DNA of 64,000 nucleotides from contig NC_057724.1 of NCBI RefSeq assembly GCF_004010195.1, forward strand, positions 19,989,506-20,053,505. Direction: 5' to 3'. Position numbers and translations under genes: made by a program. The notes below the pieces were generated by a model. It saw nothing but the letters and a program-made list of their open reading frames with translations, made no database searches and had not been told where the DNA came from. The stretch's first letter is position 1. Every line of letters starts with the position of its first letter. The stretch comes from Chiloscyllium plagiosum (Eukaryota). Below are positions 13,345-25,760 of the stretch, piece after piece.

Positions 13345-13780
13345 TTATAAAGGTAGAAAACACTGGAGAAACTCAGCAGGTCTGGCAGCATCTGTGCAGA
13401 GAAAGTGGAGTCAAGATTTCGAGCCAGGTGACTCAACTTCAGGAAAAAGTAGTCTATAGGCTGAAGATAGATGGTGGGTGGAAAAGAAGTGAGCAGAATA
13501 TGTAGAGATGGAGCCCAGAAAGTGAGAAAAGCAACTAGGCAGACTAAGGGATGGTTGTTAGCAAGCCAGGGAAGAAGAAAAGCTGATAATGAGTGCAATG
13601 AGTAGATGAAAATGTGTTGGCTGTGCTGAAAGCAGCCCATGTCATGACAGGAACTGGGATGTAAGGATGGGTAAAGGACATGAAAGGAGGTGTTCAGGCT
13701 CTAAAATTATTGAACTCAGTATTGAGTTCTGAAGGCTATATGGCCTCCTGGTAGAAGATGAGATGTTATTCTTCTTGGTC
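13345..13780 (-). mobile_element. Penelope-like element 3' end plus pLTR, decayed
   Basis: Minus strand reads EE*HLIF...PSELNTEFNNFRA* (end of the GIY-YIG ORF), then a pLTR with degenerate ctgaagttgagtcacctggctcgaaa core. Confidence 0.8.
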
Positions 13781-14129
13781 TTCTTTTAAACACTACTTTC
13801 AAATATCAGCTCTGGGTTGAATCTTGCCTTTTTATTTTGGCTAAATGCAAGATACATTGAGTTTCTTGAAGTAATTTTTCTTGTGAAATAGAGTGAGTTC
13901 TCTCACTATATCTTCCCAAACTCGTTGCATTAATGAGTATTTCAGCCCTTATGATGAGCATCACGTCTGATACACTATTTATAAACCCCCTAGAGATCCT
14001 GGAATTGACCTATATTGCTACAGCTGACACCATCGTTAAAAGGCCATTGTGCACCCAGTCAAGCACTATCAGCCTGGAGCTGCCCTGCACAGTTCGTAAC
14101 ATTTGCCCTGAACATGACAGATAGGGGGA

Positions 14130-14345
14130 TTTCCACACACTACCTTGCAGGCTAGATCCCGGAGTTCCTGCTAGATGGGGTGGTGCATAGTAGGACAACT
14201 TCTTCCTCCAGAACCAGCGATGGACACTAGACTATGCTACCTTGGTCCGAGGTTTCCACCCAGATTAGAGCAGTCTTAGCCATTTGGAGGAATGCCCAAT
14301 ACTGTAAGAAAATTGTCAACGACTTTCTTCACTCAACCAATATAA
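14130..14345 (+). mobile_element. Harbinger-type Myb/SANT-like ORF relic
   Basis: EFLLDGVV...PWSEVSTQIRAVLAIWRNAQYCKKIVNDFL fits the W-x-E-V...R-x4-C-x-K-x2-ND trihelix pattern of Harbinger DNA-binding proteins. Confidence 0.6.
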
Positions 14346-15529
14346 GTACTGCCATCTTCTCTCCAATGCCCCAGACTCAATCTCTGTCTGTTACTAAACC
14401 CACCTTCCACCAATGGTCATGATCTACCTAATGCATGATATTTCCTTAACTACCCATCCTGCAATGTCACTAACCCTGCCTGTCCTTTGTACTGCCTACC
14501 CACCCACTCGGGACACATTTTCACCCACATCAACATAATAGTAGTGCCATCTCCTCTTGCCATCTATAATACCTGCCTTTCTCTCAGGAGTCAAACAGCT
14601 CCCAGGGCAGAAAGCATCAAGACAAGTGCTGAATGTCCCATGATACGCCTCCTCATCTCTTATCAGGAGAAATCCTGATTTTGACTGCCCTGAGCAGAGC
14701 AAGGACTGATGCGAGACAATGCCTTTGTTTACTGTGCTGGGATCTCCTGAACAACCTCCTATCCCCTTGATAGTCCCCATAGCTTGCTGACAACCATGGC
14801 AAGCTTCCTGGCTTTACATCTGTGCTTAATGGCACAGCAAGACAGCAGTAACATATGTGGCATCTCTGGTTTTTGGGGCAAAGTGCAAAGAGGCGAAACG
14901 AAGCATCCAGCTAGGTTCAGAATGAATGAGCACTGTGAAAGAGAGTGAACATATCTAAGATACCGCGTGGTGCAGTCCATGAGCTGGATGCTCAGAGTCT
15001 GGTAAGATTCCAAACTCAACTTCTGTCTCCACAGATATAGCCACACTTTCTGAGAGATATTGAAATTTTCTGTTGTCATTTTAGGTTTCCCACATCCACA
15101 ATGACTTGTCTTTGTTAACGTCTGGGCTGAATTTTACCAATCATTCGTTAACTGTAAATTTCAGGGCGTTTCCTGGAAGCGCTATCTCACACACTTCTCC
15201 TTATTTCACCTCATTATGTGTGCACCGTGTCTCTATGGCCCTGGGATCTCATCATCTTGTGCTCACCAGAAGCAAAATGGATGGTATTCACGTGACATTC
15301 TGGGATTTCTGTCACTAACATCACATATACTGCCCATAGGTGTACCAGCTCAATTGCTGCTGGCCCTGAATGACCTTTCACAGTACATGTAGTCGATGTG
15401 AAATGAAAAAGAGCAGCTTTTGAGGGTGAATAGGTAGAATGGGCAACACTTCATTACAATTAGAAGATGTTCATATTAGTAAATATATTGCTACTTTTCA
15501 TCAATCATTTTCTGATGGACTGCCATTTG

Positions 15530-15880
15530 GAATCATAGATTTGAACAGCACAAAACAGACCTTCAGTCCAACTCATCCATGCAGACCAGATATCTTAAAT
15601 TAATCTCATCCTATTTGCCAGCATTTTGCCCATATCCCTTCCTATTCATGTACCCATCCAGATGTCTTTTAACTGTTGCAATTGTACCAGCCTTCACCAC
15701 TTCCTTTGGCAGCTCATTCCATACATGCATCACCGTCTGCTTGAAAAAGTTGCCTCTTAGGTCCCTTTTAAATGTTTCCCGTCTCATCCTAAACCTCTAG
15801 TTTTAGTCTCCCCTACCCAGGGAGAAAGACCTTGGCAATTCACTTGATCCATGCCCCTCACGATTTTATAAACCTCTCCT
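15530..15880 (-). mobile_element. CR1 (HER1-like) LINE 3' end
   Basis: aatcatagatttgaacagcac...atatcccttcctattcatgtacc...gattttataaacctct; homologous to 28348-28735. Confidence 0.9.
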
Positions 15881-16071
15881 GGGAGATTAGAGGGAATTTT
15901 GATGTTCTTGATGATTCTGCCTGCAGGAAGTGTTTCATTGCAAATCCTATTGGATCACATGGATCAATTGGAGCTATAGTTAGAGACAATGAAGAATTTA
16001 CAGAATTTGTAACTGAACCGACAAAAAGCAAACTACAGAAGCTGCCTGTCCTTAATGCACTGCCATGTTCA

Positions 16072-16205
16072 AATCCTGGTGAAGGATCAAGCCCGAAATG
16101 TCGACTCTCCTGCTCCTCAGATGCTGCTTGACCTGCTGTGCTTTTACCAGCACCACAATTGATCGACTCTGACTTCTCCAGCATCTGCAGTTCTCACTAT
16201 CTCCC
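16072..16205 (+). mobile_element. Solo Penelope-like pLTR
   Basis: tcctggtgaaggatcaagcccgaaatgtcgactctcctgctcctcagatgctgc...ccagcatctgcagttctcact; homologous to 17520-17650. Confidence 0.85.
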
Positions 16206-16706
16206 ATCTAAGGGAGTCCAACTCTTCCCTAAATGGCCAGTATAGCATGACATCTTGTCGTTGGTCAACGTCACATTGCAAAGCCTTCAAACAATTGAAA
16301 GCACCCACATGCGGGTGCCCATGGCTACTCCTTTGGTTTGGAGGAAGTGGGAGGATTCTCTTTCCAATGGGCCACAGCTGTGCCTGCCTCTTCGTAGGAT
16401 ATGTGGAACAGTCCATCTTCCGCAGCTACACTGGCACCAACCTCACCTTTTACTCCGCTACATTGATGACTGTATTGGCGTTGCCTCGTGCTCACACGAG
16501 GAGGTTGAACAGTTCATCCACTTTACCAACACTTTCCACCCCGACCTCAAATTTACCTGGACCGTCTCAGACTCCTCCCTTCCCTTCCTAGACCTCTCCA
16601 TTTCTATCTCGGGTGACCGAATCAACACGGACATTTACTATAAACCGACCGACTCCCACAGCTACCTAGACTACACCTCCTCCCACCCTGCCCCCTGTAA
16701 AAACGC

Positions 16707-17471
16707 NNNNNNNNNNNNNNNNNNNNNNNNNNNNNNNNNNNNNNNNNNNNNNNNNNNNNNNNNNNNNNNNNNNNNNNNNNNNNNNNNNNNNNNNNNNNNN
16801 NNNNNNNNNNNNNNNNNNNNNNNNNNNNNNNNNNNNNNNNNNNNNNNNNNNNNNNNNNNNNNNNNNNNNNNNNNNNNNNNNNNNNNNNNNNNNNNNNNNN
16901 NNNNNNNNNNNNNNNNNNNNNNNNNNNNNNNNNNNNNNNNNNNNNNNNNNNNNNNNNNNNNNNNNNNNNNNNNNNNNNNNNNNNNNNNNNNNNNNNNNNN
17001 NNNNNNNNNNNNNNNNNNNNNNNNNNNNNNNNNNNNNNNNNNNNNNNNNNNNNNNNNNNNNNNNNNNNNNNNNNNNNNNNNNNNNNNNNNNNNNNNNNNN
17101 NNNNNNNNNNNNNNNNNNNNNNNNNNNNNNNNNNNNNNNNNNNNNNNNNNNNNNNNNNNNNNNNNNNNNNNNNNNNNNNNNNNNNNNNNNNNNNNNNNNN
17201 NNNNNNNNNNNNNNNNNNNNNNNNNNNNNNNNNNNNNNNNNNNNNNNNNNNNNNNNNNNNNNNNNNNNNNNNNNNNNNNNNNNNNNNNNNNNNNNNNNNN
17301 NNNNNNNNNNNNNNNNNNNNNNNNNNNNNNNNNNNNNNNNNNNNNNNNNNNNNNNNNNNNNNNNNNNNNNNNNNNNNNNNNNNNNNNNNNNNNNNNNNNN
17401 NNNNNNNNNNNNNNNNNNNNNNNNNNNNNNNNNNNNNNNNNNNNNNNNNNNNNNNNNNNNNNNNNNNNNNN
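16707..17471. other. Assembly gap (765 N)
   Basis: Run of N. Confidence 1.
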
Positions 17472-17520
17472 GTCCCTCCTCCTTACCTTTTATCTTAGCC
17501 TGCTTGGCACACCTTCCTCA

Positions 17521-17554
17521 TTCCTGAAGAAGGGCTCATGCCCGAAACGTCGAT
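17521..17554 (+). ncRNA. Minimal hammerhead ribozyme motif in Penelope pLTR
   Basis: CTGAAGA-A-GGGC-tcat-GCCC-GAAA-CGTC: CUGANGA box, 4-bp stem II, GAAA box, palindromic ACGU helix III, GUC cleavage triplet; stem I is only ~2 bp. Confidence 0.7.
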
Positions 17555-18789
17555 TCTCCTGCTCTTTGGATGCTGCCTGACCTGCTGCGCTTTTCCAGCA
17601 ACACATTTTCAGCTCTGATCTCCAGCATCTGCAGTCCTCACTTTCTCCTGAAAGCTAAGTTTGTCTTGCTCAATGTCCCCCTTTGAAGTCAAGGTGGAGG
17701 TGACCATGGATAATTCTGTCTTGCAGTACTTCATGTCCTCCAATGACAAATCTCTTGTGTTGAGTTACCATAGTCATAATTATTGTCATCTTTGCAGCCC
17801 ACACGCTGCCACTTATCGACACAATAACTTTCCCAATTTGCCTACCACAGTGGTGACTCCTGACAACCTGCCTTCACTCTTGTGAACAGACCCCCCAGGA
17901 CTATCCATGGCACACCCCTCAGACCAACGTGGAATGACAGCTCTGACTATCGAGATTGGTCCAGATCTCTGACCAATCTCTCTGCTGCTTATCTAACTAA
18001 CTGACTGTGAATGCTTGGACTAGTCGTGCTAGACCTGAAGAACTGGCTGTAATGATATGGGACCTCTGATCTTGACTGCCATAAGTGGACCTCTTGCTAT
18101 GTCCAAGATTCTGGACTGAGATCAAGTGCTGCCCTTAATATATTATGTCAGTTCCCCTTGATTGATGCCATTCCTCTTGATTGATGCCACTCCCCTGGAC
18201 ATAACGAAAGACTACTCCTGTCAGTCTCTAAAACATTGCCATTTGGTTGAAGCATACAGTAAGTGTGTGCCAGGCAAAGCAGCTGACACATGCTGTCGAT
18301 GTGAAATTGATGTGGCAAACAGCAACACTTCCATCCCCTTGACTATCACTGCTGACAACCATGGTGCTCTGCCTGGCTTTGTGTCTGCCTAAAGGGCAGG
18401 CGGATACATAGAGAGTGTGTTAAGTTCTGACAGAGGCAACAAAATTTAGCAAGGCAAAGAAAGGCAAGTCTATGAGCATTCAAGTAAGAGGTAAGTGAGT
18501 CAGTGCTAAGCAAACATCCTGCATCCTGCTCCACTGAAATACATGAGATGTGTGTCTGGTCGCCACATTATAATGCAAGGTGTCAGTGTGCAACAGTGAA
18601 GTGGAGAACTGTATTGCAAGGGAGTTGGAAATGTATCATGATGATGTAGTGAGATAGGAAGGTGTGAGTTTGATGGATGGGAGGTGACATTAACCTGCTT
18701 TTTTGGGTGTGGCTGATTGAGCTGGAGGCCAAGAGGAGCAAGTGGTGAAGTGGAGTTGTCAGGTATCCACTTTGATTGACATCTTAGGA

Positions 18790-19115
18790 ATTAGAGTCGT
18801 TGAGTCAAAAAGGACGGCAACAGACCCTTCAGACCAACCAGTTCATACTGAACATAATCGTAAACTAAACTACTGCCCCCTGCCTGCTCCTGGCCCACAT
18901 CCCTACAAACCATTTTTTATTCCTGTACTTACCCAAATATATTTCAAATGTTATATTTGTGCCCACATCCACTACTTCCTCAGGAAATTCATTCCACACA
19001 CAAACCACCATCTGTGCAAGTAGAAAATTGCCACCCACCCTGTCTTCCTTTTTTAAATCTGTCTCCTCTCACCTTAAAAATTGTTGCCATCTAGTTTCTC
19101 TCCATCCTGGGGAGA
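18790..19115 (-). mobile_element. CR1 LINE 3' end, decayed
   Basis: agagtcgttgagtc...cagacccttc...tgctcctggcccacatccctacaaacc...ccactacttcctcaggaaattcattccacac. Confidence 0.8.
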
Positions 19116-19259
19116 ACACCAAACTGAATATAAATGAGGTGAGAAAAGGTCATAATGAGATTTCAGTACACACAAAGAGGTCTCGTGCCACTCACCAGTG
19201 AGAATCTCAGCTTAGCTTTCGAAACTTGGGTGGAAAATCAGACTGTTTTTTTACCCCAA

Positions 19260-19390
19260 GGAGAAAGCGAGGATTGCAGATGCTGGAGGTCAGAGTCGAG
19301 AGTGTGGTGCTGGAAAAGCACATCTGGTCAGGCAGCATCTGAGGAGCAACAGAATCGATGCTTCAGGCATAAGCCCTCCATCAGGAATCG
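19260..19390 (-). mobile_element. Solo Penelope-like pLTR
   Basis: Reverse complement starts gattcCTGATGGagggcttatgcctGAAGcatcgattc; homologous to 17520-17650. Confidence 0.88.
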
Positions 19391-20615
19391 CTTTTCTTTC
19401 AATGTTGCCATATTTGCCCAGCTGACTCTTCATTGCTCACATCATTCAAAGGCATTTTAGCACAAAGTTTCTTGATTAAGTTCTTTTTGACTAAGGTTAT
19501 CCTGATTATAAAGTGGTTGGATGGTTTGTAGCATTAAGTCCACTGTTGTCTTCTATGGACAGTAATACTGTCACCTTGTGGCCACTTATTGAAAATTGCT
19601 GCTGTTTTAAATTTAACTCTGTTTGTGTTCAAACACACCTGTAAAGCAGATAAATTATTGTTTACTCTTTTTTTGTATCATTCCACCTCAATTTCAACTC
19701 TTTGAGTTGTCTAACATTCATCATGATAACTTAATTTATCAAATGATAACTAAAAAATTCAAAGAGGGGTAATGGGTGGGGACAGGATGGGAGGAAAGAG
19801 ATATTTACATGATCTAAGAGGATTCACTTCAATTCTGAGATCTGACTTCGCAACTGCACCAATATATGTACTGAAGATAATTGCAGATGTGCATTTGATG
19901 TGATGTCCATTGATACCAGTCAGTAACTTAAAATAATTAATGAGGATAATGAAATTATTACCTCTATTCATTGAATTGAGCTCTTTGTCTTATGAAATGC
20001 CTTATCCCATACATTCACATGTTTCACATACCAATGTTTGCAAATCAACTAAATTGTAATTGAATAATGATTCCCAACTATATTTCAAAACAGTGAAATA
20101 GCTATAGTCTCTAAACACTGTACTCAATGGAGACAACCCATTAGGATCTTACTCCTTTTAACTGCTGCTGTGAAATACTCCCAGGAAGGATTTACTTTGT
20201 TCCAAAAACGAGTGACCAATGAGTGACTCAGAAATCTGAGTGGTTCTACAAATTCACATAGCATGGCACAGAACAAAACTGGCATCATTCAGCTCCAGTG
20301 CGTTCAAATCCTGTAGGCTACACTTCCTGATTTTTATTCTTACGAAAATTCCATCACTTCATGATTCTTGCCCTACATCGGGGATCCATAATAAAGTCAC
20401 TTACAGCTAAGGACCGCAATGTTTGTGAGTACAATCAGTTTTTGATGACTGCTTAATGTAACTCAACTTCATAGCTCAAAGCTAAGTGCCATCTTGAAAC
20501 AAAAAACTATGTCAACTTTTATTTTCGTAACAAGGTCATGAGAAGAGTTTTATTTTATTTTATTGTACTCTTCACAGTTGCAATAAAATAACTGCAACTG
20601 TTATTGAGAAAAAGT

Positions 20616-20907
20616 TTAGATTAGATTGCCTACTGTGTGGAAACAGGCCCTTCGGCCCAACTAGTCCACACTGACCTTCTGAAGAGCAACCGACCCAGAC
20701 CCATTCCCCTTAACTAATGCTCCTAACTCTATGGGTAATCTAGCATGACCAATTCACCTAACCTGCACATCTTTGGACTGTTGGAGGAAACTGGAGCACC
20801 CAGAGGAAACCCACACAGACACGGGGAGAATGTGCAAACTCCACACAGACAGTGGGCCAAGGCTGGAATCGAGCCAGGGTCCCTGGTGCTGTGAGCCACC
20901 ATGCTGC
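20616..20907 (-). mobile_element. HE1-type SINE
   Basis: ttagattagatt tail, aaacaggcccttcggcccaa, ggagcacccagaggaaacccac, gtgcaaactccacacagac; small deletion in the head. Confidence 0.92.
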
Positions 20908-23254
20908 TTCTCCCAAGTTGTCTTGCAATAGGGTTTGTGTTCTCTTGAGATATGTAACATTCCCTGCGTAATTGTTTCTAGCAGATACAGCTTGAATACC
21001 AATCAGTAATTATCAATGCAAACTTGGCTCATGTTTATTGTAGACTTGTGTTTTTCATATCTTGTTGCCTGCAGGCAACAGATGCAGGTATTTTACGTCC
21101 ATCTGAATGGATAATTTAAGCAAACTTTGCACAACATTTAGCAAAGTTATCACAGCCGAATTTATTGTTCTGTTTCACGGTTTACTGCAAAATGGATGAT
21201 GGTGAGTGCTTTACAGGAAAGGAATACTCATTACGGAATACAGCTTGCCATCTTTTTGGGGCTAGAAACTGCAAAGTGATGCTAATTGGATTCCACGCTG
21301 GTAAAGTGAGATATCAATTGTTGATGTATAAAAGGCTGACATGAGCATTATTACCTTTGAAGGGTGCACCTGTCAACTCCAGCTTACTTTTTGTTTTTCA
21401 GTCTGGTGAGGAGAGAAAAGGAGCCAAAATTGTCATTGCCAATGAACATAGCTAAGGTGTTTTGCAAATCTAATTCAACAAACAAGGTTTGGAAACTGTA
21501 TTCATTATTATTGCTTGAGACATATAGGTAAACCACTCAATATATCATCAAAAATGCAATATCCTTCTTTGACCAAAATTTCAATGTCTCAATTTCAAAG
21601 AAAATATTTCTCTAAGCTTTCAATTAATTATTTGTCAACGTAATTTTTTAGTAATTTATTTAAAGATATTTCAACAAAGATCAGCTGGTTAACTTCCTCA
21701 TCTTATTTGCATAGAATGCTGAAAAATATTCACAGGTAGCATTGGCCAAATTATAAGTGCTTCTTGCTCCTATTTATCACACACGCTATGGGAATCCTTG
21801 CCATTCATTAGTGCAAGACGTATGACTTTGCTTTAATAGTTCGCACTGAGATAAATACAATGCCCTTAATCCAACATAAGGGTAACTAAAGGCATCAACT
21901 CAATCTCACCACACAGGTCTTTAAACCTACAGCCTTTTAGCCTAGGAATCATATTATACTCTACAACCAGATTGAGTGCTCTGAAAGAAATATTTGATTA
22001 ATTTCTAACTTCCCCATGATTTGGTTGCACTTTGTGTAAGGTTTCAGGTTGAATAATTTATCAGAGGAATAACAGCTGGCTAATTGTTGCAGGCAAAGCA
22101 TAAAAATCTGCTAATAATTTCTGCTTTTGCAGTCTCGCACAGAAAACTTCTTCACAGTATATCATTACAAGATAATAAGGCCTTGATTATGTGAGCAGAA
22201 ATCCCCAACATGGTGCAAAACAATTTAAAACAATTACTGTCAGCTGAAAATTTACTGTTGGTTTCATGCTGTTTGTTTGCATTCATTTACATGGCATGTA
22301 TTTTTATTATCCAGCCTCAATTCATTTCTGTTATCAGTCAGAAACATTCAGCTTCTGCATACTACATTTATTTAAGCACTGCTTTTGGAGTGATACAAAT
22401 AATGAGTTACTTTGGGTCATCCCAAGAAAATTAAGCTTAAAAGACGCACAAAGCAGAAAATAAACTCTGGTCATATAACCTTCCAGGACTTGAAAGCAGG
22501 TAAAAGGATCACAGTGACCTGCTATACTTGAAGCACTCAGCATGCCAACTTCATGACGCCAGCTAATCTCTGTGAGTGCTGTGTGAAATGTGCATGTGGT
22601 GATTTTCCAGGGCAATGAACAACATTTTTGAATTCTTTGGAAGGTTGGAGAGGAAAACACAATTGCGGAGAGGTAAAAATTTCTGTTTCCCAAAAGTGGA
22701 TGAAAGTTTTATTGTGAAGGCCTCAAATCTTTTCAGATGACTCTGAGGTCTCTGAACTTCATGGTTCGGGAGCTGCTCTGCACTATTACCCCAGCCTACT
22801 GGAGTTATGTTTACAGAAATGATTTTGGTTACCAAAAGCTGGGAAACACTTAATTCACAATCTTGACTGTACAAATCTGACGGGGTGGACTGCTTCCTCC
22901 AAGTACAAAAGTCAAGATTCTCCCAATTCCTTCAGAAACAAGCCCTTTTCTTTGATGGAAATGCTTCATGTTCAAGTTGAAAGCACTCCCTGTTGATTGT
23001 TTCATGAGAAGTCTCATTCATATACCATCCATTTTCTTGCAGTTTGGCCTGCAGTGTTACGGTTGAAGACTGTCCCTGTTGAATGGCTCATGAATATATA
23101 GTATGTCCTTGAATTTTGACACTTACATTATTTGTCCAGCAGACTCAGTGGACCCACTTGCCTGCCCAGACTAAGCAGCCTCAGTGGCTGTTTTCAGCAG
23201 ACCTGAATGGGAGAGGTTTTACGGGAGTCACCTTAACAAAAAGGGTATGCAGGA

Positions 23255-23365
23255 AAAGCAAAGTTCAACCGATGCTGGAGATTTTGTAAAGAAAACTAAA
23301 CACTGGAGAATTTCAGAATGCCTGGCAGCATCTGTGGACAGAGATCCAGAGTTGACATTTTGAGG
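23255..23365 (-). mobile_element. Penelope-like pLTR fragment abutting a CR1
   Basis: gatgctggag...cactggagaa...cctggcagcatctgtggacagaga...gttgacattt. Confidence 0.65.
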
Positions 23366-23985
23366 TCAGAGCATTGAGTATGGGAGTTGGGAGATCATGT
23401 TGTGGCTGTACAGGATGTTGGTTAGGCCACTTTTGGAATATTGTGTGCAAATCTGGTGTCCCTCCTGTAGCAAGGATGTTGTGAAACTTGAATGGGTTCA
23501 GAAAAGATTTACAAGGATGTTGCCAGGTTTGGAGGATTTGAGCTATAGGGAGAGGCTGAATTGGCTGGGGCTGTTTTCCCTGGAGCACTGGAGGCTGAGG
23601 AGTGACCTTATAGAGGATTAGAAAATCATGAGGGACACGGATAGGATAGATAGACACAGCCTTTTCCGTGGGGTGGGGGAGCCCAAAACTAGAGGACATA
23701 GGTTTAGTGTGAGAGAGGAAAGATATAAAAGGGACCTAAGGAGCAACTTTTTTACACCTGATGCGTGTCTGTACTAAGCTGCCAGAGGAAGTGGTGGAGG
23801 CTAGTACGATTGCAACATTTAAAAGGAATCTCGATGAGTATATGAATAGGAAGGGTTTGGAGGGATATGGGCCAAGTGCTGGCAAATGGGACTAGATTAG
23901 GTTGGGATATCTGGTTGGCATGGATGGGTTGGACCAACCGGTCTGTTTCTGTACTGTACGTCTCTATGACACTACGACTATAAGA
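23362..23985 (+). mobile_element. CR1 (HER1-like) LINE 3' end
   Basis: ORF 23397..23621 LYRMLVRPLLEYCVQIWCP...LEWVQKRFTRMLPGLEDLSYRERL; tail ctctatgacactacgacta. Confidence 0.95.
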
Positions 23986-24599
23986 GTCTAGCATATGTGC
24001 ACTAAAAAAGGGTGGATCATGTAGAAGAATCTTCAGCTTTTAGTGGTGATCAGTAATCCACCTCAGCTCCTCCTGAGGCTTCCAGCTCATGACTGATGTT
24101 AGCTTTTAGCCAATTTGATTCACTCCATGTGATAGCAAGAAATAGTTGAAAGCTTTGACTTTAAATAGCATATTGGCTACAGTATTGAAGTCTTATGCTC
24201 GACAATTATACATGTAGCCAAGCTGTTCCAGCACAGCTACAACTCTGGAAAGTATCTAGCACTGTGGAAAATTACTCTGGTATATTCTGTCCACAAAATG
24301 CTGGACAAATCCAACCTGATCAAGTACAGCTGCATCACTCCACTTTTGATGAACAGCCAAGCATCAGCAGACTGTTTCATTCCCACTCCAGTATTGTACA
24401 ATAGTATTTGTTTTTCACTTTTCTGAGTTATATGTGTACATTCTGCTGAGATTCCCTCCGAGCCATTTGTTTATTTCCAAGTTTACACTGATACTGAACA
24501 GACGTATTCTCTCAGTTTAGAATTACAATGGAAAAATATAGTAATATGAGGAGTAATATGACTCCTCATTATAAAATGTTAGTTTGTAAAATATAGGAG

Positions 24600-25760
24600 A
24601 ATGGAATAATGGAATAATGGAATGTGCAATGTGTCCATTCAGCCTATCATTACTGTGAGGGCTCTTTGAAAGAGCTGTTTAATTTGTAAATCTTGTTATT
24701 TATACAAACTCTGCAATTTTTCACTTTCATGATTTTCCCAACTAAAGGTAATTTTCAAATTCATTTCCAACATCATCTATTAAATTTCCATGTTAGCACC
24801 TCAATTTCACCTTCTGTAGTCAGTAGATATAACTGAAGTCCTTTGTAACATTTTGATAATGGTCCGTCAAAGGTTTCTGAAAATGTGGTCTCCATAATGG
24901 GACATAATACTTCAATGAATGCAGAACCAGTGATTTATAAAACTTTTGAATAGTTTCCTTGCTTTTGTGATGATACTATGGCTTTGAGAAGTGTACTTTA
25001 TCCTTTTTTAATGAAGAAAGGTTGAGTAAGAGGTAGCAGGCATCTGTTCAAAGCCAATAAACAGTTTGTAAAGTCTTGGGGATTTTTTAAAAGTTGGAAC
25101 AATAGGACGGCCTGAATGGGTGGGGTTAAGCTCCCACAGAGCCAGGATTTTTAGTTTTAGCTTTCAGCAGTTGCTGGGGTTTTGAAGCTGGATGTCGAAG
25201 CTCTTATTCCTCCATGTTTCAGCTAAAAGCTGGGTGGTCTCTTTCTGCTGCTAGACTTGCATATGAGACAATCTATTTTACTGAATTTGCCTTTGCCAAG
25301 GGTGTGCTTATTAGATGTTACTATATTGAAATAGTTAATTAATAATTATTTTGTTAAACATTTCAATCAAGTTACAGTTAAGTTAGTTTTTTCTCTTATA
25401 TTTTTACTTTGTTTGTATTTTAATTGCAGTGTAAAATAAAATGTGTTTTGCTTATAAAGTTGAGAAGCTTGACTAATCAAATTGCACCTGGAATGCAACA
25501 CCTTTTACTTTTAAAACAGGAAAACGTTAGAGTCTAGGCTATCTTCTTAATACATTTTGACGGTGTTTGGTCTGGTCCATAACACGTTTGTGGGCTATAC
25601 TTCTACCTACCAAGGCATCAACCTCTCATGCTTTTTTAAAGACATTTTCAACTTAACCTGCCACTGTATGATATTTGTATCTGTGCACTTCCAGGTATTT
25701 GAGCACCTAGTTTAAAATTAAGCCATTTAGGTCATATGGCATCTTCTCATTCACCCATCT
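24600..25760 (-). mobile_element. Old CR1 fragment split by a solo LTR
   Basis: tggaataatggaat tail, tgtggtctccataatgggacataatacttc, tagtttccttgctttt | ...cctgccac; much diverged. Confidence 0.5.
24966..25584 (+). mobile_element. Solo LTR
   Basis: TGTGATG...CATAACA termini (TG..CA, imperfect inverted ends), AATAAA at 25435-25440, imperfect 4-bp flanks cttt/cgtt. Confidence 0.7.

Larger units (their letters stand above)
16308..17650 (+). mobile_element. Young Penelope-like retroelement, 5'-truncated with 5' inversion, spanning the gap
   Basis: RT motifs MGHSCACLFVGYVEQ, LLRYIDDCIG, LPFLDLSI, TDIYYKPTDSHSYLDY; CpG-rich; pLTR after the gap; inverted HFLQTKGVAMGTRM at 16308-16358. Continuity across the gap is assumed. 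Confidence 0.9.

Noticed and set aside
16255-17580. 441-aa ORF as a gene
   Set aside because: Length is an artefact of reading through 765 N; the real part is a frameshifted Penelope RT fragment
16072-17650. pLTRs at 16072 and 17472 as the two ends of one element
   Set aside because: They differ in sequence and age, and ~100 bp of unrelated DNA separates the first from the inverted RT segment; more likely independent insertions
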